Shown: positions 1 through 8,337, counted from the stretch's first letter. The stretch is DNA of 20,847 nt from an uncultured bacterium (GCA_964534375.1 CAZHPN010000100.1:1-20847), one strand, 5' to 3'. Program-made: numbers and translations. Notes: generated by a model not told the origin, from the sequence alone.

Positions 1-320
1 GCGCCGTCGCGGTCGACGAAGATCGAGCCCTGCATCTGGCAGCAGAAGGCGATGCCGGCGACATCGGCCGCGGCGGTTCCGGTTTGCTTCAAAATCCGCT
101 TCGTCGAGCGGCAAATGGCCGACCACCAGTCGTCCGCACGCTGTTCCGCGCCGCCGCCGGGGGGCGTCAGCAACGGATATTCTGCGAGCGCCGAGCCGAG
201 CGATTCAAGCTTGTCGCCGATGCGGTAGAGGCAGGTTTTGGCGCCGGTCGTGCCGACGTCGATCGCCAGCACGATGGCGCCGCGGGCGGCGGCGGGGCTG
301 CGGCGCGCGGGCTCAGCCAT
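1..320 (-). CDS. FGGY-family carbohydrate kinase (xylulokinase-like), N-terminal part, truncated by window edge
   Basis: Not in the ORF track. Manual translation from ATG at 320 gives MAEPARRSPAAARGAIVLAIDVGTTGAKTCLY...EYPLLTPPGGGAEQRADDWWSAI...IAFCCQMQGSIFVDRDG, with the FGGY_N motifs IDxGTT, EQ..WW and QM. Start overlaps the end of the SCP2 gene by 8 bp. Confidence 0.9.
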   Translation of the reverse strand, partial: MAEPARRSPAAARGAIVLAIDVGTTGAKTCLYRIGDKLESLGSALAEYPLLTPPGGGAEQRADDWWSAICRSTKRILKQTGTAAADVAGIAFCCQMQGSIFVDRDG

Positions 321-723
321 CGATTTCTTCGCGCACGATCTCGATGAACGTCCGCAGCTTCACGGCGTTGGGCAGCGCGCCCTCGACCTTCAACGCGCCG
401 GATTGATAGGCGCCCGTCGCGTCCTTCTCGCCGATGAAGATCATCGCCGCGTCGTTCGCGGTGGCGCGCAACGTGTTGGTCGGCTCGTCGCACGCGCCTT
501 TGCCCCACGAGAAATCGCCGCTGGATATTTCGAGCCAGAACGGCTCGCCGCCGGCGAGGATGATTTGATAGCGCAGGTTGACGCCCGAGGCTTCGTCCTG
601 CACGTCGTCGGAGTCGTTGGCGATCTGGCAAAAGAGGGTGAGAAAGTCGGGCAAATCGGCGTAGGTGAATTCGCCCTCGTCGATCTTCGCGACGATCTTC
701 GCTTTCAGCGCTTTGTCGGTCAT
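313..723 (-). CDS. SCP2 sterol/lipid-binding domain protein
   Basis: 136 aa; C-terminal DATGAYQSGALKVEG matches the SCP2 pattern (AFMxGKLKVxG); AAGGAG SD just upstream of the ATG. Confidence 0.8.
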   Translation of the reverse strand: MTDKALKAKIVAKIDEGEFTYADLPDFLTLFCQIANDSDDVQDEASGVNLRYQIILAGGEPFWLEISSGDFSWGKGACDEPTNTLRATANDAAMIFIGEKDATGAYQSGALKVEGALPNAVKLRTFIEIVREEIDG

Positions 724-751
724 GATGCGCTCCTTATTTGATTTTTAATTG

Positions 752-822
752 AACCACAGAGGCACAGAGGACACAGAGGCATGAAATTTGCTTTTCTCCG
801 TGTTCTCTGTGTCTCTGTGGTT
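752..822. repeat. Palindromic intergenic element, CACAGAG family, copy A
   Basis: Left arm AACCACAGAGGCACAGAGGACACAGAG (752-778) matches the reverse complement of 796-822 at 24/27 positions; 17-nt AT-rich loop. Confidence 0.9.
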
Positions 823-838
823 AAATATCACCAAATCC

Positions 839-2293
839 TCATTGCCCCGCCGGCTCGATGTTCGCGAAGACGCGGTCGAAGCCCGCGAGCGCCTCGGCGA
901 GCACGTCGTCGGTGTCGGCCATGCTTGTGTACAGCCGGCTGCCGGCGAGGGTGACAATGCCCTCGGCCATGAACGCCGCGCCCATCTCTTCCATCATGTG
1001 CTTGCGCGGCTTGGATTCGGGCAGCGCGTTCGGGTCCATGATGTCCAGCAGCATGACCGCCGACGTTTCCAGGTGCGTGATCGAGCCGTGATTGAATGCG
1101 ACGAACGGCAGGTCGTGCTTGGCGATCAGGCCCTGGAGGCCGCGGCACAGTTTGTCGCCCGCCTGGCCGGCGATCACGTGCGCGCCGGTGCGCTCGATCT
1201 CGAGAATCGAGAAGTAGCCGGCCGCGCAACTGAGCGGATTGGCCGACAACGTGCCGCCGACGTAGGCCCGCGGCTTGCCCGATTCCAGACCCGCCGCGAG
1301 GCACGACATCACATCGGCCCGGCCGCCGAGCCCGCCCGCCGCGGGGTAGCCGCCGGCGACGCACTTGCCGAAGACGGTGAGATCGGGCTTCACGCCGAAA
1401 TATCCCTGCGCGCCGCCGAGACCGACGCGAAAGCCGGTGACGACCTCGTCGAAGATCAGCAAGGTCTTGAATTCGTCGCACAGCTCGCGGACCTGCTGGT
1501 TGAACGCGCGCGTGACGGGCCGTGTGGCGCTTTCGGGCCCGAGCGGTTCGACGATGACCGCGGCCGTGCCGCCCTTGGCCTCGTTCTTTTCGAGCAGCGT
1601 GCGCAGGCCGGCGACGTCGTTGGGGAAGAATTCCTGCGTGTCTTTGTAGCAACCGCGCGGAATGCCGAAGGCCTCCATCGCGCCCGTGCCCGGCACGTGC
1701 AGGGCGAAGACCATCTGGTCGCTCCAACCGTGGTAGGCACCGCCGACCTTGACGATCTTGGCCTTGTCGGTGAAGGTCCGCGCCGCGCGGATGGCCGCGA
1801 GCACGCCCTCGGTGCCGCTGCCGAGCATACGGAACATCTCGACCGCCGGCATGTGGCGATTGATCAGTTCCGCGAGCTTCAACTCGTATTCGTGGAAGAG
1901 GCCGGTGACCGGGCCCGCTTCGCGGATCAGGTCGAACACCTGGTCGCGGACGGGCTGATAGTTGCTGCCCAGCAGCGTCGGCCCGCCGGCTTGCAGAAAA
2001 TCGACGTAGCGGTTGCCGTCGACGTCCCACAGATGCGCGCCCTCGGCCTTGGCGATCGCCAACGGAAACGGATAATTGAACGCGAGATTGTGCTGGACGC
2101 CGCCGGGGATGAATTTGCGCGCCCGCTCGTGCAGCGCTTTCGAGCCCGCGCATTTGACGTCGAAATATTGGAGATATTCGCTCATCTTCGCGCGCTTGAC
2201 GGGTCGCATCGGCTGCTTCACGAGCCGATCGAGGGCGGCGAGAATTTCCTGGGTGTCGGGCCATTCGGAGATGGCGTATTGCGGATCGCACAT
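839..2293 (-). CDS. Class III PLP aminotransferase (GSA aminomutase-like fold, probably not a true HemL)
   Basis: From MCDPQY (ATG 2293): IPGGV, AEGAHLWDVDGNRYVDF, SGTE, AYHGWSD, LLIFDEVVTGFR, TVFGK (PLP lysine), GGTLSANP. Confidence 0.9.
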   Translation of the reverse strand: MCDPQYAISEWPDTQEILAALDRLVKQPMRPVKRAKMSEYLQYFDVKCAGSKALHERARKFIPGGVQHNLAFNYPFPLAIAKAEGAHLWDVDGNRYVDFLQAGGPTLLGSNYQPVRDQVFDLIREAGPVTGLFHEYELKLAELINRHMPAVEMFRMLGSGTEGVLAAIRAARTFTDKAKIVKVGGAYHGWSDQMVFALHVPGTGAMEAFGIPRGCYKDTQEFFPNDVAGLRTLLEKNEAKGGTAAVIVEPLGPESATRPVTRAFNQQVRELCDEFKTLLIFDEVVTGFRVGLGGAQGYFGVKPDLTVFGKCVAGGYPAAGGLGGRADVMSCLAAGLESGKPRAYVGGTLSANPLSCAAGYFSILEIERTGAHVIAGQAGDKLCRGLQGLIAKHDLPFVAFNHGSITHLETSAVMLLDIMDPNALPESKPRKHMMEEMGAAFMAEGIVTLAGSRLYTSMADTDDVLAEALAGFDRVFANIEPAGQ

Positions 2294-2316
2294 GGCAAAT
2301 CGCTCCCGTATCGCAG

Positions 2317-3036
2317 TTAATCGGCGCAGGGGGCGCCGGCTTCCGGTTCTTTGGCGCGCTCCAGCTTTTTCTTGCGGCGGATTTCCTTGCGCTGCTCGCT
2401 CTTCATGAGGTCGAAAATCGTTTCGGTCATCGTCGGCGGCAGCAACGAAATCTCCTGGCCGAGCGCGAGCGCCAGGTAGTAAACGTGCGCCGCTTTGTCG
2501 AGCAACTTCACGTTGCGCACGGCGTGCTCCATGCTCAGGCCCAGCAGCAGCGCGCCGTGGTTGCGCAGGACGAACGCGTTGCACTGGTTGCCGACGACCG
2601 CCGTGATGTTCTCGAGCAGTTCCCCGCTGCCCGAAAGCCCGTACGGTGCGACCTCGACAGCGGCGCCGAGATTGGCGACCTGCTCGTCGAAGAGCGCCGG
2701 AATGGGCCGGCCGAGCAGCGAAAAAACGCTGGGATAAATCTGGTGCGTGTGAATCACGGCGTTGACGTCGCGCCGCTGCCGATAGACCGCCAGGTGCATG
2801 CCCGTTTCGACCGACGGCGCGTGCTCGCCCTCGCGCAGGTTCCGCGCGAAATCGACGATGCAAATGTCGGCCTCGGTGAGCGCCAGGTAATCCATGCTCG
2901 ACGGCGTGATGGCGATCGCGTCTTCGCCTTCGATGAGCACCGAAACGTTGCCGCCCGTGCCGACCAGATAACCTTCGCGGGTCAGGCGTTGCGCGGCTTC
3001 GAGAACCAGCTTTTTGCAATCGAGCAGGTCGGCCAT
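2317..3036 (-). CDS. Class II aldolase/adducin family protein (L-fuculose-1-phosphate aldolase-like)
   Basis: GTGGNVS, ITPSS, PSVE (catalytic Glu), HTH and LRNHG zinc ligands; GAGGGA SD upstream. Confidence 0.9.
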   Translation of the reverse strand: MADLLDCKKLVLEAAQRLTREGYLVGTGGNVSVLIEGEDAIAITPSSMDYLALTEADICIVDFARNLREGEHAPSVETGMHLAVYRQRRDVNAVIHTHQIYPSVFSLLGRPIPALFDEQVANLGAAVEVAPYGLSGSGELLENITAVVGNQCNAFVLRNHGALLLGLSMEHAVRNVKLLDKAAHVYYLALALGQEISLLPPTMTETIFDLMKSEQRKEIRRKKKLERAKEPEAGAPCAD

Positions 3037-3051
3037 GGGTCCCTCGTGTGA

Positions 3052-3073
3052 AAACTGACCGGTCAGTCAGTTT
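3052..3073. promoter_or_regulatory. Putative repressor operator upstream of the aldolase operon
   Basis: Perfect 14-bp palindrome ACTGACCGGTCAGT (3054-3067) nested with AAACTGAC-N6-GTCAGTTT (3052-3073), between the predicted -10 and the SD. Confidence 0.65.
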
Positions 3074-3100
3074 CTAAACGAAACCGCGGCGGATTGTCAA
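3071..3100 (-). promoter_or_regulatory. Putative sigma70 promoter of the aldolase operon
   Basis: Minus strand TTGACA (3100-3095), 18-nt spacer, TAGAAA (3076-3071); -35 is perfect, -10 imperfect. Confidence 0.5.
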
Positions 3101-3112
3101 GGAGGACCGCCC

Positions 3113-3176
3113 AATGCGGAATGCGGATTGCGGAATGCGGAATGCCGGACCCCCGAATCCCGAATCCCGAATCCCG
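3113..3176. repeat. Bipartite heptamer tandem repeat, imperfect hairpin
   Basis: About 5 units of AATGCGG (3113-3147), then about 3.5 units of CCCGAAT (3152-3176); arms are partially complementary. Confidence 0.85.
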
Positions 3177-3241
3177 TTCGGCATACTCCGCCCGCTTGCC
3201 AGCGGCCGTCATCCATAGAACACTGCGCCGCGAGGTGAGCA

Positions 3242-3901
3242 ATGGCGGCGACGCGAGGCGGTGTGTTTTTCGATTTCGACAATACGCTGATCTGCGGCGA
3301 CAGCCAGGATCTGGAAATCCGCTGGCTGTTCCGCCAGCGCCGGCTGCCGATCGGCTTCATGTTGCGCGTCGCCGCCGCCGTCTGGTTTTATCGGCGCGGC
3401 GCGCTCTCGTCGAACGACGCGGTGCGGCTGTGCCTGACGCACTACCGCGGCCGGCGGCTCGCCGACGTCGAGCGCGATGCGGAGCGGTTCTTCCGCGAGG
3501 TCGTCACCGAACGTTTCTTCGACAAAACCCTCGACGAAATGGCAAGGCACCGCGCGGCGGGGCGGCCGTTTTTCATCCTCTCGGCCTCGCCGCGGCATTT
3601 GATCGAACCGGCCGCGCGCTTCCTGGGCGCAGCCGATTGCCGTTGCACGAAATTGGAAATCGGCCCCGGCGGCCTGCTCACCGGCCTCGTCGACGGCTTG
3701 GTCATGCACGGCGAGGAAAAAGCGGTCGCCGTCCGCCAACTCGCCAGGAAACACCGCCTCAGCCTGCGCGAGTCGTTCGCCTATTCCGACCACGAGGCCG
3801 ACATCGCCTTTCTCGAGGCGGTCGGGCATCCTACGGCCGTGCGGCCGACAAAAAAATTGACCGCGTACGCGAAATTGAAGAACTGGTCCATTATCAACTG
3901 A
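3242..3901 (+). CDS. HAD-IB family hydrolase (SerB/phosphoserine phosphatase-like)
   Basis: FFDFDNTL motif I, ILSAS motif II, GEEKA motif III, AYSDHEAD motif IV; GAGGTG SD. Confidence 0.88.
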   Translation: MAATRGGVFFDFDNTLICGDSQDLEIRWLFRQRRLPIGFMLRVAAAVWFYRRGALSSNDAVRLCLTHYRGRRLADVERDAERFFREVVTERFFDKTLDEMARHRAAGRPFFILSASPRHLIEPAARFLGAADCRCTKLEIGPGGLLTGLVDGLVMHGEEKAVAVRQLARKHRLSLRESFAYSDHEADIAFLEAVGHPTAVRPTKKLTAYAKLKNWSIIN

Positions 3902-3903
3902 TT

Positions 3904-4881
3904 TCAAGCCTGCGAACGAACCTCGATAATCTTGTCTCCCCAATCCACCTCGATCTCACCGTCCCGTTCCAGCAAATCGAGATAGGCGACGGTTTCGGAG
4001 AGCGCGAGGAATTGATTGATGACATCGAGGTCGCCGAAGACGGCGCGTGCGAGCTCGTAGGGGTTGGTCGGGCCGACGGAGATTTGCACGGCGTAGCATT
4101 GTTTGCGGTCGGCGAGGAACTCCTTGTTGCGCGCGATGAGGCCGCGGAAATCGGGGATGTCGGCGCCGTGGCCCGGGTGGCCGACCGAAATCGGCAGCCG
4201 GGCGACGCGGTCGAGCGAGTCGAGGTAGTCGACCAGCGGGCGGGTGCGGCGCCAGTTGTCGCGCGGATCGAAGTGCAGCGACGGGTTCGGCGTGATTTTG
4301 GGCAGCAGCAGATCGCCGCAGAAAAGCTCGCCGCCGCGCGGGTCGAAAAACGCCACGCCGTCGGGGCTGTGGCCGGGCGCGGGAATGATTTCGAGCGTCA
4401 GGCCGTCGCCGGCGTCGATGACCTCGCCGCCTTTAATATATTCGACCTTGTGGGGTTTGGCCTCGAGGTTGCCGAAATGCGCGCCCGCGGCGAAGGCCTG
4501 GAACGCGCGGTCGACGGCCTCCGCCGGCACGCCGCAACGCAGCGCGAAATCGCGCAGGCGGGCGATCGTCTCGGGTTCGCGGCGCAACGTGAGCGTGCCT
4601 TTCTCGTGCAAGCGGAGCGTCGCGGGGCAGATCTGCGAAAGGTGCAGCGCCGCGCCCGCGTGATCGTAATGGTCGTGCGTGATCAGGATGCGGCGAATGT
4701 CGGTCAGCTTCCGACCGTGCGCCTCCAGACCGTCGCTCAGCGCCTTCAGCGATTTGGACGAATACACGCCGGTGTCGATCAAAATCGGCTCGGGACCGTC
4801 GATGAAATATGTGTTGACGTCGCCGACCGGGTAGGGCGTCGGCAACGGGATCTTGATGATTTGCGGAACGGAATGGGTCAT
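3904..4881 (-). CDS. MBL-fold metallo-hydrolase
   Basis: Start taken at MTHSVPQ (GAGGG SD); VNTYFI, LIDTG, THDHYDHAG, PGHS, GDLLL, PGHG. Confidence 0.9.
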   Translation of the reverse strand: MTHSVPQIIKIPLPTPYPVGDVNTYFIDGPEPILIDTGVYSSKSLKALSDGLEAHGRKLTDIRRILITHDHYDHAGAALHLSQICPATLRLHEKGTLTLRREPETIARLRDFALRCGVPAEAVDRAFQAFAAGAHFGNLEAKPHKVEYIKGGEVIDAGDGLTLEIIPAPGHSPDGVAFFDPRGGELFCGDLLLPKITPNPSLHFDPRDNWRRTRPLVDYLDSLDRVARLPISVGHPGHGADIPDFRGLIARNKEFLADRKQCYAVQISVGPTNPYELARAVFGDLDVINQFLALSETVAYLDLLERDGEIEVDWGDKIIEVRSQA

Positions 4882-5024
4882 GCGAAGTCGCCCTCGTCGA
4901 AAGAATCGCGGGAAGGTTGTCGTTTCCGCGGTCCGACGCATTGCGTCAGGGACATAATCTAAAGCCGGCGGCGATCATTGGCCAGGGGGCGCCGGCCGAT
5001 GGCTGTGAATGAAAGTTTTGGTTA

Positions 5025-5095
5025 TCCGCAGATTGTACAAATTTGCCAGAAACCAATAATGTCGAGTAATCTGTAAAATCTGCGTAATCTGTGGA
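5025..5095. repeat. Palindromic intergenic element with 9-bp period (CAGATT/AATCTG family)
   Basis: Right arm AATCTGTAA AATCTGCGT AATCTGTGG A (5068-5095) is imperfectly complementary to left arm TCCGCAGATTGTACAAATTTGCCAGA (5025-5050). Confidence 0.75.
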
Positions 5096-5107
5096 CAAAC
5101 TCGAAAA

Positions 5108-5752
5108 TCATCCATTCTGCGCGGCGTAGAAATCGCAGCAGCCGGCCACGGAGCAGTGGCCGCAATCGGGTTTGCGCGAATGGCAAATGCGCCGCCCGTG
5201 AAAGATTAGCGTGTGGCCGAGTTGCGTCCAGTCTTTCGGCGGGAACAACTCCATCAGGTCGTATTCGATTTTCACCGGATCTTCGTTCGCGGTCAGCCCG
5301 ATGCGGCCGGCGACGCGTTTGACGTGCGTGTCGACCGGGATGCCCGGCTTGCCGAAGGCGTTGCCGAGCACGACGTTCGCCGTTTTGCGGCCGACGCCTG
5401 GCAGCTTCACCAGTTCTTCCATCGTGTCGGGAACCTGGCCGCCGTGGCGCGCGACGAGCGCCTCCATGATTCCGCGAATCGCCTTCGCCTTGTTGCGGAA
5501 AAAGCCGGCCGAGCGGATGTCGTTCTCCAGGTCGGCGATGGGTCCGGCCAGATAATCGGCGGGCGCGCGGCGCTTCTTGAACAGGTCTTTCGTGACCTTG
5601 TTGACGCGCACGTCGGTGCACTGGGCCGACAGCACGGTGGCGACGAGAAGTTCGAGCGGGGTCGTGAAGTCCAACGCGATGCGCGCATCCGGATGGTCCT
5701 TGCGCAGGCGTTTGTAGATTTCGCGGGCGCTCGCTTTCGGATCGGGTTTCAT
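5108..5752 (-). CDS. nth: Endonuclease III
   Basis: From MKPDPK: LLVATVLSAQCTD, LPGVGRKTANVV helix-hairpin-helix, VDTHVKR, C-x6-C-x2-C-x5-C 4Fe-4S motif; ATGA overlap with the polX stop. Confidence 0.96.
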   Translation of the reverse strand: MKPDPKASAREIYKRLRKDHPDARIALDFTTPLELLVATVLSAQCTDVRVNKVTKDLFKKRRAPADYLAGPIADLENDIRSAGFFRNKAKAIRGIMEALVARHGGQVPDTMEELVKLPGVGRKTANVVLGNAFGKPGIPVDTHVKRVAGRIGLTANEDPVKIEYDLMELFPPKDWTQLGHTLIFHGRRICHSRKPDCGHCSVAGCCDFYAAQNG

Positions 5753-7470
5753 TTTTTCCTCCGGGCGAAAAAGGCGGCGATTTTTTTGACGTCCCAGCAG
5801 TTCGGCACGTTGTCGGCAGTGAGGCAGCCTTTGCGCGCCACGCCTACGCCGTACGCCACGTCGTCGAGCCCTTCCTCTTTGTGCGCGTCGGGGCAGATCG
5901 GGATCGGCACGCCCAGCGCCGTCGCCTTCCGGTGCCAGCGCCAATCGAGATCCAGGCGGTACGGGTGCGCGTTCAGCTCGATCGCCGCGCCGTGCCGCGC
6001 CGCCGCTTCCAGCACCGCCGGCACGTCGATCGCGTAGCCCTCGCGCGAGAGCAGCAGGCGGCCCGTGAGATGGCCGACCATCGTCGTGAACGGGTTTTCG
6101 ATCGCGGCGACAATCCGCCGCGTCATCTCGGCCTCGCTCAGATTGAAGCGGCTGTGCACCGAGGCGATGACGAAATCGAAGGTCGCCAGCGTCGCCTCGT
6201 CATAATCGAGCGCGCCGTCGACGAGGATGTCGGCTTCGACGCCCTTGAAAATGCGAAACGGCGCCAACTCTTCGTTGAGCCGGTCGATTTCCTCGTGCTG
6301 CCGCTTGACGTCGTCCGGCTTCATCCCGCCGGCATACGCCGCACTCTGCGAATGGTCGCAAACGCCCAGATATTGCCAACCGCGGGCGCGCGTCGCCTCC
6401 GCCATCCGCCGCAGGGGCAGGTCGCCGTCCGAGTAATTCGTGTGCACGTGCAGCGCGCCGCGAAGATCGGAAACCTCGATCAGCCGCGGGAACTCGCCGG
6501 CGGCCGCGCGCTCGATTTCGTCGAGGCCCTCGCGCAGTTCCGGCGGAACGAAGTGCAACCCCAGCGCCTTGTATACGGCGGCCTCGTCGCGCAGGCGAAG
6601 CGGTTTCTCGCTGGCGAATAACCCGTATTCGGAAAGCGTGCGGTCTTGCGTTTTCGCCAGCGCGCGCAACTGGATGTTGTGGTCTTTCGAGCCCGTGAAA
6701 TGCACCAGCGCTGCGGCGAACTGGCTGTCGTCAAGGACGCGGAGGTCGGCGGCGATGCCCGTGGCCAGGACGACCGACGACTTGGTGGACCCGTGGCCGG
6801 TGACGCGCCGCACGTCCGGATGGCCGACAAACGCGTCCATCAGTTTTTTCGGCGTTTTGCTGGTCGCGAGGATGTCGATGTCTTTGACGGTCTCGCGCCG
6901 CCGGCGCAGCGAGCCGGCGACCTCCAGCCGCTGGGCGGCGCCGGTCTGCCGCAGATGTTCGAGCAGCGCCTCCGCCTGCGCGCGCGCGGTCGAATACAGA
7001 AATCGGCCGCTGTATTCGCGAAGCTGGGCGATGCCGGCGAGGATGTTGTCCTGCGTTTTCTGGCCGAAGCCGGCGAGATCGAGCAGGCGATTTTCGCGGC
7101 ACGCGGTTTCGAGATCGGCGAGCGACGCGATGTGCAGCGCCTCGTACAGCGCCTTGACCTTTTTCGCGCCGAGGCCGGGCACGCGCAGCAGCTCGAGCAG
7201 CCCCGGCGGGAAGCCCGAGCGCAGTTCGTCCAGATACGCGGAGCGGCCGTTCGCCTGGAAATCGGCCATTTTCTCGACGAGCGCTTCGCCGACGCCTTTG
7301 ATCTGGCCGGCCCGCGCCTGTTCGAGAAACTGGTCGACCCCGCCGTCGAACCCGCGCAGAAGCCGCGCGGCATTGGCGTAGGCGCGGCTCTTGAACGGGT
7401 TTTCGCCGGCCAGTTCCAGCAGCACCGCGATTTCTTCGAGCGCCTGCGCTATTTCTGCGGCGGTCGCCAC
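5749..7470 (-). CDS. polX: DNA polymerase X / PHP-domain 3'-5' exonuclease
   Basis: GTG start at 7470 with GAGGGA SD; GENPFKSRAY, GSLRRRRETVKDIDIL (DxD intact), DLRV, HFTGSKDHN; PHP ligands HVHTNYSDG, DHS, SVHS, ELNAH, DAH. Confidence 0.95.
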   Translation of the reverse strand: MATAAEIAQALEEIAVLLELAGENPFKSRAYANAARLLRGFDGGVDQFLEQARAGQIKGVGEALVEKMADFQANGRSAYLDELRSGFPPGLLELLRVPGLGAKKVKALYEALHIASLADLETACRENRLLDLAGFGQKTQDNILAGIAQLREYSGRFLYSTARAQAEALLEHLRQTGAAQRLEVAGSLRRRRETVKDIDILATSKTPKKLMDAFVGHPDVRRVTGHGSTKSSVVLATGIAADLRVLDDSQFAAALVHFTGSKDHNIQLRALAKTQDRTLSEYGLFASEKPLRLRDEAAVYKALGLHFVPPELREGLDEIERAAAGEFPRLIEVSDLRGALHVHTNYSDGDLPLRRMAEATRARGWQYLGVCDHSQSAAYAGGMKPDDVKRQHEEIDRLNEELAPFRIFKGVEADILVDGALDYDEATLATFDFVIASVHSRFNLSEAEMTRRIVAAIENPFTTMVGHLTGRLLLSREGYAIDVPAVLEAAARHGAAIELNAHPYRLDLDWRWHRKATALGVPIPICPDAHKEEGLDDVAYGVGVARKGCLTADNVPNCWDVKKIAAFFARRKK

Positions 7471-7671
7471 GTTTTCCCTCGAGCAATAACTTTGCTTCAT
7501 AATAAGAATCGCGCGGGCGACGCGCCAGCGGGAGGGCGCGAACAAGTGACGAGTTACGAAGTCGGAATGGCGCGCGAACCCGGCGGAACACCGTCACCGC
7601 GTGACACGCGGCATCGCGGTCCGCCGGCGCCGGCTGGCCTCGTTCCGCCGCCCGAGCCACGGAGGCGACAA

Positions 7672-7700
7672 TCGACAAAAATCGTCAAATATATTACCAT
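7672..7700 (+). promoter_or_regulatory. Putative sigma70 promoter
   Basis: TCGACA-17 nt-TACCAT in an AT-rich patch upstream of the ORF at 7814. Confidence 0.45.
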
Positions 7701-7813
7701 AGTATGAAATTCGACGAGACGCGCCGGAGACGTGGCGGCGGACCGCACGGCGCGCGGTTTCTTCCGTCAAGGGTTTTGGCTTCTCCCGACGAAAATCGGG
7801 AAAGGAGGCGCGG

Positions 7814-8227
7814 ATGAAAGCGGTTCGTTGGTTCGTGTGTTTGGCGTTTCTGTTGGCCCTGGCGTCGCCGGTTCCGGCGGCCGATGCGACGCCGGCGCCC
7901 GCTGGCGATAAGACGCCCGCGCCGGCGGTTGCCGTGGCCGGCCCGGCAACCCGCGAGTCGTGCTTGCAATTGATGACCGCGGCCGACGATGCCGTGGCCA
8001 CAGGCGCGGCGCTCAAGACCCGCGGGCAAATCTACGGCGACAGCGGCATGATCGCGGAAGGCGTCGCGGCTATGGCCCGCGGCGAAAAGATGTTGGAAGC
8101 CGCGAAAAACTCGGACCCGTTGTGCAAGCGCGTCATTGAGGAAGCGCAAAAGGAGAAGCAGAAGCCGGTCACGATTATGACCGACAGCAATCCGAAGCCC
8201 GCGACCAAGGACGAGCCGCACCGGTAG
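7814..8227 (+). CDS. Hypothetical secreted helical protein
   Basis: AAGGAGG SD; Sec signal peptide (MKAVRWFVCLAFLLALASPVPA), Ala/Pro linker, helical core with two Cys. Confidence 0.8.
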   Translation: MKAVRWFVCLAFLLALASPVPAADATPAPAGDKTPAPAVAVAGPATRESCLQLMTAADDAVATGAALKTRGQIYGDSGMIAEGVAAMARGEKMLEAAKNSDPLCKRVIEEAQKEKQKPVTIMTDSNPKPATKDEPHR

Positions 8228-8308
8228 CTTCCGGCCGGATCGGCCGGCCGCAGTCGGCCCCGGCCTTCATTTCCTGCGCGGTTTCTTCGCCTGCGGGTCG
8301 TCTCATGC

Positions 8309-8337
8309 TTGACATGGCCCCAGTGAGACCGTACAAG
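8309..8337 (+). promoter_or_regulatory. Putative sigma70 promoter
   Basis: TTGACA (8309-8314)-17 nt-TACAAG upstream of the lipid kinase gene. Confidence 0.45.

Noticed and set aside
839..2293. Calling the aminotransferase hemL
   Set aside because: Longer N-terminus, PGGVQHN instead of PGGVNSP, and a sugar/lipid rather than tetrapyrrole context.
839..3019. 726-aa ORF suggesting a long N-terminal extension or aldolase-aminotransferase fusion
   Set aside because: The part upstream of 2293 is an Arg-rich shadow frame over the real aldolase gene, which has its own stop at 2317.
7545..7620. Possible degenerate seventh heptamer hairpin (AGTGACG AGTTACG ... CGTCACC)
   Set aside because: Only two convincing units and weak pairing; could be chance in GC-rich DNA.
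788..7707. Long antisense and alternate-frame ORFs (788-2320, 3094-4962, 6440-7381, 6646-7707)
   Set aside because: They overlap well-supported genes, lack motifs, and are expected shadows in high-GC DNA.
8231..8285. GC-rich inverted repeats after the secreted-protein gene as a terminator
   Set aside because: Several alternative CCGG pairings and no clean U-tract; not specific enough to call.
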